Positions 34,714 through 44,131 of a stretch of 64,000 nt of DNA are shown piece by piece. The DNA comes from an uncultured Geobacteraceae bacterium. Its GTDB lineage: Bacteria; Desulfobacterota; Desulfuromonadia; Geobacterales; Pseudopelobacteraceae. Within the stretch, counting starts at the first letter, position 1; each line of letters opens with the position of its first letter. The stretch spans positions 21,867 through 85,866 of the forward strand of contig CAIYDX010000399.1 in NCBI GenBank assembly GCA_903925005.1, read 5' to 3'. The translations under genes and the position numbers were made by a program. Below the pieces are notes generated by a model. It searched no databases. It saw only the letters and a program-made list of their open reading frames with translations, and was not told the origin of the DNA.

Positions 34714-35790
34714 CCTACGGCAGAAGATGTAGACAAACACTCCAAAACAGAACAGCCAACCAGTAAGAGACTCGAAAAGTCCCGAGAAGACAGCCCGCCG
34801 CCAATGAGTCAGATGCTGACGTCGTCGCTGACCCTGCTCACCGGCATTGTCTGCCTCTACATCTTCGGCAGCTACATGATGGATGGCCTCAAACAGAATA
34901 CGGTCAAAGTTCTGTCAACCATGGGGAATTTTCAACTCACGGAATCAAACCTTTACGTGTTGGTTGTCAAGCTGTTTGGTACCGTTGTGCTTCTTTTGGC
35001 ACCATTAATAGTGACAATTGTCGCCACTGCTGTAATTTCCAGTCTGATTCAGGACAACGGCAGGCTTGAGTTCACTCTGTCACGCCTAAAAGTGGATTTC
35101 GGCAAACTGAGTCCGCTAAAAGGCTTTGGTCGTCTGTTTAACAAAGATGCCCTGGTTGAGATGGTGAAGTCACTGCTCAAGCTGACGGTTGTTGCCTGGA
35201 TCGCCTATTCAGTGGTGCGCGACGAAATGCAGAATATCACTTTTTTGGCGGAAGCTGATATTCATACCATTCTCACTTTTGTTGGCCATATCGCGTTCAA
35301 GATAGTCACCCATACCTGCGGCATCATGATCGTTCTCGGCCTGCTCGATATGTTGTATGTCAAGTGGCGCCATACCGAAAATCTCAAAATGACCAAACAG
35401 GAAATCAAGGACGAAAGTAAAGAATCAGACGGAAACCCTGAGATAAAGAGCAAAATCAGAAAGATGCAGTTTCAGATGGCGCGTCGCCGTATGACAAAAA
35501 TTATTCCGTTAGCCGATGTGGTCATCACCAACCCGACCCACTTTGCGGTAGCGCTCAAATATGACCGGCAGAAAATGGCTGCGCCGGTTGTCCTCGCCAA
35601 AGGGATGGATCTGATGGCCGAAGCGATCAAGAAGATTGCCCGTGAACACCATATCACGCTGGTGGAAAATCGCTTTCTGGCCCGTGAACTTTATGATCAG
35701 GTAAAGGAGAATGAGCCGATTCCGGAGGCTCTCTACGCTGCCGTTGCCGAAGTATTGGCGTATGTCTACAAGCTGAAGGGGAAGGTTTAA
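34714..35790 (+). CDS. flhB: Flagellar export switch protein FlhB. The conserved N-terminus has no start codon; the first in-frame ATG is at 34804
   Basis: The frame-1 translation from 34714 reads PTAEDVDKHSKTEQPTSKRLEKSRED.., the FlhB N-terminal signature. Four TM helices follow, then the NPTH autocleavage site (VVITNPTHFAVALKY) and the conserved C-terminus. Confidence 0.88.
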   Translation, partial: PTAEDVDKHSKTEQPTSKRLEKSREDSPPPMSQMLTSSLTLLTGIVCLYIFGSYMMDGLKQNTVKVLSTMGNFQLTESNLYVLVVKLFGTVVLLLAPLIVTIVATAVISSLIQDNGRLEFTLSRLKVDFGKLSPLKGFGRLFNKDALVEMVKSLLKLTVVAWIAYSVVRDEMQNITFLAEADIHTILTFVGHIAFKIVTHTCGIMIVLGLLDMLYVKWRHTENLKMTKQEIKDESKESDGNPEIKSKIRKMQFQMARRRMTKIIPLADVVITNPTHFAVALKYDRQKMAAPVVLAKGMDLMAEAIKKIAREHHITLVENRFLARELYDQVKENEPIPEALYAAVAEVLAYVYKLKGKV

Positions 35791-35806
35791 GAACAAGGAG
35801 CTTGAA

Positions 35807-36964
35807 ATGAAACAGCTTACGGCGATTATTATATTAGCGATGATGTATTTTACCATCACCGCATGTGGAAAAAGTGAAGCGAAAAAAAACGCTGATATGG
35901 TCGTCAAGCCGCCGGTGGCTGTAGAGGTGCGTGCCGCTTTGTCCGCAACCGTGTCGGATGGTATCGAAGTGACCGGCGGTCTGGAACCAAAGTTTTCAGT
36001 GGATGTGAAAACTCAGATTCCGGGGCTGATCAAGCAGGTCATGGTGTCTGAATGGGTTCACGTGAAGAAGGGGCAACCGTTGGTTCATATTGATGTTGCC
36101 GAAACAGAGGCTTTAGTTAAGCGGGCCGAGGCCGGGATTGCCTCTGCTAAGGCGAATCTGGTTCAAGCACAGGTGGCCGCCAACCGCGCCGAACGCGAAT
36201 TGGCCCGTATTCTCAGGCTGAAGGAATCCGGCCTTGCCACTCAGCAGTCGCTGGATGATGCCCGTAGTGAAACAGAAGCTGCCAAAGCGAGAGCCGGAGT
36301 AGCTGCCGCTCAGATCCGTGTATCAGAAGAAGAGCGGCGTCAAGCGGTTGCTCGCGAGGCAAAAGGATCGGTTGTAGCGCCGATTGACGGCATAGTTGCC
36401 CTGCGCGATGTCAATGTCGGCGATCTGGCCAGTGATGCGGCGGCGGCCAAGCCGATATTCCGGATCGTAGATAATCGCTTGCTCAATCTGACCGTAACAG
36501 TTTCGTCGTCTGACTCCGGACGGGTCAAGATCGGCCAGCCGCTGGAATTTACGGTCGATTCTCAGCCAGGGCGCATGTTTTCCGGGAAAGTCATGTATAT
36601 TAACCCCGAGCTTTCTCAGGCGGACCGCTCGCTGAAAGTTATCGCCGAAGTTCACAACGTGCCGGAAAATCTCAAGGGAGGGATGTTTGTCAAAGGGCGC
36701 ATTATAACCGGAACCCGCTCTCAGGTGCTGCAGGTACCGCGTAGTGCGGTCGGCTCTTTTGACATGCAGGTGAAAAAGGGGAGTTTGTTTGTTGTTGAGG
36801 GTGGTATTGTGCGGAAGCGGGAGATTCTAAGCGGTGTAGTGAATGGCGATATGGTCGAGATTGTGTCGGGGCTTAAACCGGGTGAGCAGTACATCATCCG
36901 GGGCGGGTTCAATGTGAAAGATGGTGACAAGGTCACAGTTACGGCAACTAAAGAAACTCAATGA
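35807..36964 (+). CDS. RND efflux periplasmic adaptor (HlyD/MFP family) lipoprotein
   Basis: 385 aa. Lipobox ..TITAC, a coiled-coil hairpin region and a beta-barrel C-terminus. AAGGAG RBS. Lies 16 nt after the flhB stop. Confidence 0.9.
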   Translation: MKQLTAIIILAMMYFTITACGKSEAKKNADMVVKPPVAVEVRAALSATVSDGIEVTGGLEPKFSVDVKTQIPGLIKQVMVSEWVHVKKGQPLVHIDVAETEALVKRAEAGIASAKANLVQAQVAANRAERELARILRLKESGLATQQSLDDARSETEAAKARAGVAAAQIRVSEEERRQAVAREAKGSVVAPIDGIVALRDVNVGDLASDAAAAKPIFRIVDNRLLNLTVTVSSSDSGRVKIGQPLEFTVDSQPGRMFSGKVMYINPELSQADRSLKVIAEVHNVPENLKGGMFVKGRIITGTRSQVLQVPRSAVGSFDMQVKKGSLFVVEGGIVRKREILSGVVNGDMVEIVSGLKPGEQYIIRGGFNVKDGDKVTVTATKETQ

Positions 36965-39900
36965 TTCTCTCCAATACCTCCATCAAACGTCCGATCTTCG
37001 CTACGGTCATGGTTCTGGCCCTTGTAGTGCTCGGCATTTTTTCTTATCGCCGTCTTTCGGTCGAGATGTTTCCCAATGTGGAGTTTCCGATTGTCTCGAT
37101 AGTAACAACCTTTGCCGGCGCGTCGCCGGAAACTATTGAACGGGAAGTTTCCAAGCGTATTGAGGAAGCGGTCAATCAAATCGCCGGAGTGAAGCATGTC
37201 TTCTCCACCTCGCGTGAGGGAGTTTCGACGGTTGTGGTAGAATTCCGGCTGGAAGAGAAAGTCAACGATGCGGCGCAGGAGGTGCGGGCCAAGATTTCCT
37301 CGATACGCGGCATTCTTCCTACGTCTGTCGATGAACCGATAATCCAGAAGCTGGATTTTAACGCCGCTCCGATTGCGGCATTGGCGGTTGAGTCCGCGAC
37401 ATTGTCACCGCGCGAATTGACAACGCTGGTGGAGAAAAAAGTCAAAAAGCGCTTCGAGAGTGTCGCCGGAGTCGGTAAAGTTGATATGGTCGGTGGGCAG
37501 AAGCGCGAAGTCAATATCGATATCGATCCGGCAAGGCTGGATTCACTTAAATTGGGAGTAAACGACATTGTTGCGGGCATCCGCTCCGAGAACACCAACA
37601 CTCCGCTGGGACGCATAACCAGAGGTTCGGCGGAATATCCGCTCCGGATAGAGGGGAAGCCGGACCGGGCCGATCAGTATCGTAAGATGACGGTAGCCCA
37701 GAGAAATGGTCGCCCGATTACGCTTGGCGAAGTGGCTCAGATTAGCGACGGCATTGAAGAGAAACGCAAATTGGCGCTGGTAAACGGCAAACCGGCTATT
37801 GGCCTTGATATCTATAAACAGTCCGGCGGCAATCAGGTTGAACTGGTTGATACGGTCAAAAAGGTTATGATCAAGCTGCAGAAAGAGCTTCCCCCCGGTG
37901 TGACACTTTCTCTGGTGCGTGACGGTTCGATCATGACGCGCGAGTCGCTGGCCGATGTCAAGGAGACCCTGATCATCGGCGGCATCCTGACCGTGCTGAT
38001 CGTCTTCTGTTTCATAAACTCCTGGCGCTCGACGGTAATTACCGGGGTTACGCTGCCTATTTCGGTCATCTCCTCGTTCATTGTCATGAATGCGCTCGGT
38101 ATGACACTCAACGTCATGACCCTTATGGCTCTTTCTCTGGCTATCGGCATGCTGATCGACGATGCCATCGTGGTGCGTGAGAATATCGTCCGCCATCTGG
38201 AGATGGGGAAAGACCATATGGAGGCGGCCCGTTTCGGCACGTCGGAGATAGGACTGGCGGTATTTGCCACCTCGATGTCGATTATTGCGGTGTTCATACC
38301 AGTGGCGTTCATGAAGGGGATCGTCGGGCGGTTTTTCTACCAGTTCGGCATCAGTGTCGCCTTTGCCGTACTCGTGTCGCTGTTTGTTTCGTTTACCCTC
38401 GATCCGATGCTCTCCTCCCGCTGGCATGACCCTTCAATACATCTGCAGGGGAAGCGCAAGGGGATTGCCCGCTACCTGGAAATCTTCAACACCTGGTTTG
38501 ACAAGAGTGCCGACAAGTATCGCGGCGCTGTTGCCTGGGCTCTGGATCATCGCAAGAGTGTCATGGCGCTTGCCTGTGCCGCCTTTGTTATCGGGATTGT
38601 GATTTTCGGCACGTTGGAATCTTCATTTATGGCTCCGGAGGATAAGGGGGAGTTTCAGGTCTCCTTTAAAACTGCGCCCGACGCTTCAATAGCTGAAACC
38701 GAAAGCCGCATGAATGCCGTCCTGGCCGCTGTTCAGACAGCACCGGAGGTAGATCACACCTATGCCACAATCGGTGCCGGAGACAGCGGCACGGTACGGG
38801 ACGGCCTGCTGTATGTAAAGCTGAAGGAGCGAAAGTCGCGGACCAAGAATCAGTTTCTTCTGCAGCGGGAAGTGCGGGAACGTTTGCAGAAGGTGGCCGG
38901 AATCTCCTTCTCCATCGAGGAGGTCGGACAGATCGGCGGAGCGCAGAAGCCGCTCAACGTCAACCTCAAGGGGGATGATCTTGCCGTTCTTAAACAGCTT
39001 GGGGTGCGCTTGAAAGAGGAACTCTACAAGGTGCGGGGTATCGTCGATATTTCGATGACGCTGGAGAATGACATCCCGGAATACCGCATGCGGGTTGATC
39101 GCGATAAAGCGTTGTCAGCCGGTGTAACAACCAGTGATATCGTCGGTGCTCTGGGTCGTCTGGTGGGGGGCGAAGCAATTTCGACCTTCGAGGATGAGGA
39201 TGGCGACGCGGTAAATTTGAGGGTGCGCCTTCCGGCGTATCTGCGTCAGAATACGGCGCAGATTCTTGACTTAAAAGTGTCCGTTCCGGATGGCAGCGGC
39301 GGAGTCAAGCTGATGCCGCTCTCAAGTCTGACCAGTACGGTAGTCGCCGCTTCACCGACCGAGATAAACCGTCGCGATCTCGCCCGTCAGGTGACAGTTA
39401 GCGCCAATCTTGACCGGTTGCCGATCGGCACGGCGGCCAAGCATGTAGAAGCCGCTTCCAAGCGGATCAATATGCCGCCCGGATATTACATCAATCTGTC
39501 GGGAGAGGCTGAAGACATGGCCGAGTCGTTCGGCTATATGGGGGAATCGTTGCTGTTGGCGGTGCTCTTCGTCTATCTGATTCTGGCAGCCCAGTTCGAA
39601 TCGTTCTTCGAGCCGCTTGCCATCATGCTGTCCCTCCCGCTCTCCATCGTCGGTATGGCTGGAATGCTCAAGTTGACCGGCGATACGGTCAACATCATGT
39701 CGTTGATCGGCCTGATCATGCTGATGGGACTGGTGACCAAGAACGCGATATTGCTGGTAGATTATGCCAAGGTGCTACAGCGGCGGGATGGCATGGAACG
39801 CCGCGCGGCGGTTATTCTGGCTGGCCGTACCCGTTTGCGACCGATCATAATGACGACTCTGGCGATGATTTTCGGCATGATGCCGCTTTTTCTAGCGATC

Positions 39901-40059
39901 GGCGCCGGAGCCGAAGGGCGCGCGCCGATGGCCCGCGCCGTGGTAGGTGGGCTATTGACTTCCACGATGCTGACACTGCTGGTTGTGCCGGTCATGTACA
40001 CGCTTATGGATGACCTGGGGAGTTGGTTGAAGAGGAAATGGAAGGGGAATCATGCCTGA
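36961..40059 (+). CDS. RND efflux pump inner-membrane permease (AcrB/CzcA superfamily)
   Basis: 1032 aa with 12-TM architecture and two large periplasmic loops. N-terminus MILSNTSIKRPIFATVMVLA. ATGA overlap with the adaptor gene. Confidence 0.93.
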   Translation: MILSNTSIKRPIFATVMVLALVVLGIFSYRRLSVEMFPNVEFPIVSIVTTFAGASPETIEREVSKRIEEAVNQIAGVKHVFSTSREGVSTVVVEFRLEEKVNDAAQEVRAKISSIRGILPTSVDEPIIQKLDFNAAPIAALAVESATLSPRELTTLVEKKVKKRFESVAGVGKVDMVGGQKREVNIDIDPARLDSLKLGVNDIVAGIRSENTNTPLGRITRGSAEYPLRIEGKPDRADQYRKMTVAQRNGRPITLGEVAQISDGIEEKRKLALVNGKPAIGLDIYKQSGGNQVELVDTVKKVMIKLQKELPPGVTLSLVRDGSIMTRESLADVKETLIIGGILTVLIVFCFINSWRSTVITGVTLPISVISSFIVMNALGMTLNVMTLMALSLAIGMLIDDAIVVRENIVRHLEMGKDHMEAARFGTSEIGLAVFATSMSIIAVFIPVAFMKGIVGRFFYQFGISVAFAVLVSLFVSFTLDPMLSSRWHDPSIHLQGKRKGIARYLEIFNTWFDKSADKYRGAVAWALDHRKSVMALACAAFVIGIVIFGTLESSFMAPEDKGEFQVSFKTAPDASIAETESRMNAVLAAVQTAPEVDHTYATIGAGDSGTVRDGLLYVKLKERKSRTKNQFLLQREVRERLQKVAGISFSIEEVGQIGGAQKPLNVNLKGDDLAVLKQLGVRLKEELYKVRGIVDISMTLENDIPEYRMRVDRDKALSAGVTTSDIVGALGRLVGGEAISTFEDEDGDAVNLRVRLPAYLRQNTAQILDLKVSVPDGSGGVKLMPLSSLTSTVVAASPTEINRRDLARQVTVSANLDRLPIGTAAKHVEAASKRINMPPGYYINLSGEAEDMAESFGYMGESLLLAVLFVYLILAAQFESFFEPLAIMLSLPLSIVGMAGMLKLTGDTVNIMSLIGLIMLMGLVTKNAILLVDYAKVLQRRDGMERRAAVILAGRTRLRPIIMTTLAMIFGMMPLFLAIGAGAEGRAPMARAVVGGLLTSTMLTLLVVPVMYTLMDDLGSWLKRKWKGNHA

Positions 40060-41806
40060 AATCCCCATAATTTTCTTTGATTCATTCGGCGGTGATGGTT
40101 TCGCCTCCTCGTGGCGTTTCAGCGGCTATGTCAACACCATTGTTGCTACTCACCCCGGTGAGGTGATCGAAGTTCTGAACCAGATAGAACAGGCTGCAGC
40201 GGAGGGTCTGTACGCAGCCGGTTTTGTCGCCTACGAGGCGGCTTCTGTACTTAATCCGGATCTCCCGGCCGCACTATCGGTAGAGGGGTTGCCGCTTGCC
40301 TGGTTTGCCCTCTTTAGGGAACGACACATCGTCGCGGCAGGTGCCGGACTTTCGATCTCTTCCACAGACTTTTCCCTTGAGCCGGAGAGAGGTCTGGAAG
40401 AGTATATACGGGATGTAGGCCGCATTCGCGATTATATTGCTTCTGGCGACTGTTATCAGGTCAACCACACTTTCCTGCTACATGGTGACTTCAAGGGGAA
40501 TCTGCAAGAAATGTACTCGCGAATCGGCTCAGCACAACGGGCTCCGTTCTGCGCGTACCTTGATACTGGCCGTTTCACAATTCTATCCGCCTCTCCGGAG
40601 CTATTTTTTTCGCTTAAGGACGGCATCATAACCACGCGTCCGATGAAAGGCACCGCCCGGCGCGGACGCTGGGCAGGCGAAGATCTCGCAGCTATCGAAC
40701 AATTACGGAACAGCCCAAAGGAGCGGGCCGAGAACCTGATGATCGTTGATCTGCTGCGCAACGATCTAGGTATTGTGGCCGAGACCGGCTCTGTAAATGT
40801 TGACGCTCTGTTCGAGGTCGAAACATATCCAACCGTCCACCAGATGACTTCCACTGTGTCTGCAAAGTTCCGCCCGGACACCACCCTGACGGATGTTTTA
40901 CGGGCCTTGTTCCCTTGCGGGTCGGTGACCGGAGCCCCGAAACGGCGCAGTATGGAAATTATCGCCGAGCTTGAAAACGCGCCGCGCGGGATCTACTGCG
41001 GAGCAATAGGCATTGTTGCTCCCGGTGGTGAGGCGCTTTTTTCCGTGGCAATACGCACTATGTTGCATGATAAACAGACAAACATGCAAACGATGGGGGT
41101 CGGAAGCGCCATCACCTGGGATTCGGCAGCGACGGCGGAATATGCCGAATGTTTGAGTAAGGGAGCGTTTATCAATCGTCAGGATCATGATTTACAGCTG
41201 ATCGAATCGTTACGGCTGGAAGATGGCGCATATTCTCTCATTGATAGACATTTGACCAGATTGGCAGCTTCTGCACATTATTTTGGTTTTATTTGTGACC
41301 GGGAAAAGATACTAAAGGCACTATCAGATTATGCGGCTCAAACGCCAGGTCTGTGCAAGGTGCGTCTTCTTCTGGCGGCAAATGGCAGCATTCAAATATC
41401 TTCAGATAAGCTGCCGGAGAGCATGGGGACATTACGTGTCGTTGTCGGCGCCTGCAGAAGCGATTCTAATGATGTCATGCGTTATCACAAGACTACACAT
41501 CGTGAACTGCTCGACTCGGCCCGGTCAAGCGTTCCGCACTGTGATGAAGTACTGCTGCTCAACGAGTATGGACAGCTGACCGAGGGAAGTTATCATAATC
41601 TGGTCGTGAAACTAAATGGTGAACTCGTAACGCCTCCAATCACTTGCGGTCTGCTGCCGGGGGTGTTGCGGGAAGAGCTGCTTGAACAGGGCTTGATTTC
41701 GGAGAGAGTTATCTATCCCGATGACCTGGAACGGGCAGAAGAATTGTGGCTGATCAACTCGGTGCGTGGCTGGCGCCGGTGCAATTTAACAGGAGAAGTG
41801 CCGTAA
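40052..41806 (+). CDS. Fused chorismate-binding enzyme (aminodeoxychorismate synthase component I-like) and class IV aminotransferase-fold lyase (PabB-PabC-like)
   Basis: 584 aa. PabB/TrpE motifs (SPELFF, TRPMKGT, ENLMIVDLLRND, GSVTGAPK, RGIYCGAIG), followed by a PabC/IlvE-like C-domain (LLLNEYGQLTEGSYHNLV..). Confidence 0.82.
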   Translation: MPEIPIIFFDSFGGDGFASSWRFSGYVNTIVATHPGEVIEVLNQIEQAAAEGLYAAGFVAYEAASVLNPDLPAALSVEGLPLAWFALFRERHIVAAGAGLSISSTDFSLEPERGLEEYIRDVGRIRDYIASGDCYQVNHTFLLHGDFKGNLQEMYSRIGSAQRAPFCAYLDTGRFTILSASPELFFSLKDGIITTRPMKGTARRGRWAGEDLAAIEQLRNSPKERAENLMIVDLLRNDLGIVAETGSVNVDALFEVETYPTVHQMTSTVSAKFRPDTTLTDVLRALFPCGSVTGAPKRRSMEIIAELENAPRGIYCGAIGIVAPGGEALFSVAIRTMLHDKQTNMQTMGVGSAITWDSAATAEYAECLSKGAFINRQDHDLQLIESLRLEDGAYSLIDRHLTRLAASAHYFGFICDREKILKALSDYAAQTPGLCKVRLLLAANGSIQISSDKLPESMGTLRVVVGACRSDSNDVMRYHKTTHRELLDSARSSVPHCDEVLLLNEYGQLTEGSYHNLVVKLNGELVTPPITCGLLPGVLREELLEQGLISERVIYPDDLERAEELWLINSVRGWRRCNLTGEVP

Positions 41807-43104
41807 TGAAATTTGTTTTGATGATTCTGGTCGTGCTAATACCGGCGGTTTGCGCCGCCGAAGTCCGGGTGTTGGCACTTGATCAGGCAATCTCCATTGC
41901 GATGGAGAAAAACCGCGATATCGAGAAGGCGCGCGAATATGCACACTATGTCCAGGGCAAATATGTCGAAGAACGGGCTGCGGCTTTGCCGCAATTGTCT
42001 CTTAACGCCACAGCTCTTGTTGCAAAAGACGGTAGCAACCAAATTGCCGGATATCCTGCACAACGCCAGTTTGGCCGGGCGATAGATTTGACGATCTCTC
42101 AGCCGCTCTATACCTGGGGAAAGCTGAACGCCGCCATCCGTGCCGCCGAGGTCGGGCTAAAAACCGCCGATGAACAGTTACGGTTATATCGACAGGCTGC
42201 CCACCGTGATGTTGTGACCGCATATCATGACATCCAGCTGGCCCGGGAGTTGTCTCGACTGGCGCAGGAAAACAGGTCGCAAAAACTGCGACATCTGGAT
42301 GAGGCCACACGTAAGTTCAATGCCGGGATTGCAACTGATTATGATGTCCTTGCCGCTGAGGTTGCTGCCGAAAATACGATGCCGGAAGTTATTCGCTCCG
42401 AAAACGGTGTCAGGATGGCGCGTGAGAAACTCCGCTTTCTTCTTGTCATGGGAAAGGAAGAGGTCGACGTGACCGGAACCCTGGAGACGTCATCAGATGT
42501 CCTCTTCTTGCCTGTTGGCTTTGAAGAAGCAATTTTGTCTGCCGGCAAGCACCGCCCGGAACTTAATGACCTGCGTCTGCGTCTAGGCATCTATGATGAA
42601 CTGATAACCATCGCCAATGCTGACGATAAGCCGCGCCTTGACTTTAAAGGGGGCGCTGGTTGGCGCTGGGCAAGTCTTAGCGACCCCGGCCCGGCGCTGG
42701 ATGCCAATGGCGCCGCCTGGAATATCGGACTATTTGTGACGTTCCCGTTCTTTGACGGCCTCAAGACAAACGGCAGAGTTGCTCAAGCGAGAAGTGATCT
42801 GCGAACAAAGCAGATCGAAGAGGGAAAGCTTCTCGATTCAATTTCGCTGGAAGTCCGCCAGGCGGAATTTTCATATCGCGAGGCGGCTGAAATACTCAAG
42901 GCGCTGTCAGGTACGGTCAAACAGGCTGAACGACTGGTTCAAATGGCAGAAAAAGGGTATGAATATGGCGTCAAGATCAGGCTGGAGGTCGATGATGCGC
43001 AGCTGAATCTGCTCCAGGCCAGGAGTAATCTGGTTCGGGCAGAGCGTGATTTCCGCGTTGCGAAGATCAATTATCTCTGGGCGATGGGGGTAGTGGGGGA
43101 GTAG
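41806..43104 (+). CDS. TolC-family outer membrane efflux protein
   Basis: ATG 41806 overlaps the upstream TAA (TAATG). Signal peptide MKFVLMILVVLIPAVCAAEV and two OEP repeats. Confidence 0.9.
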   Translation: MKFVLMILVVLIPAVCAAEVRVLALDQAISIAMEKNRDIEKAREYAHYVQGKYVEERAAALPQLSLNATALVAKDGSNQIAGYPAQRQFGRAIDLTISQPLYTWGKLNAAIRAAEVGLKTADEQLRLYRQAAHRDVVTAYHDIQLARELSRLAQENRSQKLRHLDEATRKFNAGIATDYDVLAAEVAAENTMPEVIRSENGVRMAREKLRFLLVMGKEEVDVTGTLETSSDVLFLPVGFEEAILSAGKHRPELNDLRLRLGIYDELITIANADDKPRLDFKGGAGWRWASLSDPGPALDANGAAWNIGLFVTFPFFDGLKTNGRVAQARSDLRTKQIEEGKLLDSISLEVRQAEFSYREAAEILKALSGTVKQAERLVQMAEKGYEYGVKIRLEVDDAQLNLLQARSNLVRAERDFRVAKINYLWAMGVVGE

Positions 43105-43213
43105 CTACCAGCCTTGTTTCAGACAACTATTAAAATACGTAGTTACAATCCTTTTGACTCATTTTGTGCGGCGTGGTACTTTGCGCTATTAATTTTTACA
43201 GTGGGAGAAACCA

Positions 43214-44128
43214 ATGAGCATTGTTGTTGTCGGCACCGTGGCGTTTGATACTGTTGAGACCCCTTTTGGCAGGGGAGAGAATGTTCTTGGTGGGTCGGCC
43301 ACCTATTTTTCAACTTCGGCCAGTTTTTTTTCCGATGTATCACTGGTTGCGGTTGTCGGTGAAGATTTTCCGGAAGAGCATGTTAATTTTCTGAAGGAGC
43401 GCAACATTGACACCGCTGGTTTGCAGCGGATCCCCGGCAAGACGTTCCACTGGAGCGGTCGTTACGGGTATGATCTGAACGAAGCCCAAACGCTTGATAC
43501 CCAGCTAAACGTGTTGATGGATTTCCAGCCGGACCTGCCGGAAACATACCGCGATGCCGAATATCTTTTTCTGGCCAATATCGATCCCGACTTGCAGATG
43601 AAGGTTCTGGAGCAGGTGCGGAAACCAAAGCTTGTGGCATGCGACACGATGAACTTCTGGATCTCCTCAAAGCCGGAAGCCCTTAAGAAGGTGCTCCAGA
43701 AGGTTGACATTGTAGTCATCAACGAAGGTGAAGCCCGGCAGTTCACCGGAGAAGCCAATCTGGTCAAGGCTGCGAGACAGATCATTGCTCTCGGCTGCAA
43801 GCGGCTGGTTGTCAAGCGGGGAGAGTACGGCGTATTGATGTTCACTGCCGATTCGGTTTTTGCGGCACCGGCTTACCCTTTGGAGGAAGTTTTTGATCCA
43901 ACCGGCGCGGGAGATACGTTTGCCGGGGGATTCATGGGGTATTTGGCAAATACCGGAGATCTGTCGGAGGAGGGGCTTCGCCAGGCGATTGTTTTCGGCA
44001 GCGTCATGGCTTCTTTTAATGTTGAGGATTTCAGTCTCAACCGTATGAAGCGACTTGAGTATAAAGAGATACAAGCCCGTTTCGGGAGCTTCAAGGCGTT
44101 GACAAACTTCAGGGATATTTCATTCTGA
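43214..44128 (+). CDS. PfkB-family carbohydrate/nucleoside kinase
   Basis: 304 aa. C-terminal DPTGAGDTFAGGF signature. Confidence 0.85.
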   Translation: MSIVVVGTVAFDTVETPFGRGENVLGGSATYFSTSASFFSDVSLVAVVGEDFPEEHVNFLKERNIDTAGLQRIPGKTFHWSGRYGYDLNEAQTLDTQLNVLMDFQPDLPETYRDAEYLFLANIDPDLQMKVLEQVRKPKLVACDTMNFWISSKPEALKKVLQKVDIVVINEGEARQFTGEANLVKAARQIIALGCKRLVVKRGEYGVLMFTADSVFAAPAYPLEEVFDPTGAGDTFAGGFMGYLANTGDLSEEGLRQAIVFGSVMASFNVEDFSLNRMKRLEYKEIQARFGSFKALTNFRDISF

Positions 44129-44131
44129 TAA

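Noticed and set aside
34710-34766. ATG 34710 (ATGA overlap with the fliR stop) as the flhB start
   Set aside because: It is in a different frame from the FlhB-homologous sequence and terminates after 18 codons (MTYGRRCRQTLQNRTANQ). It would require an additional frameshift, whereas the FlhB N-terminus is already in frame with fliR.
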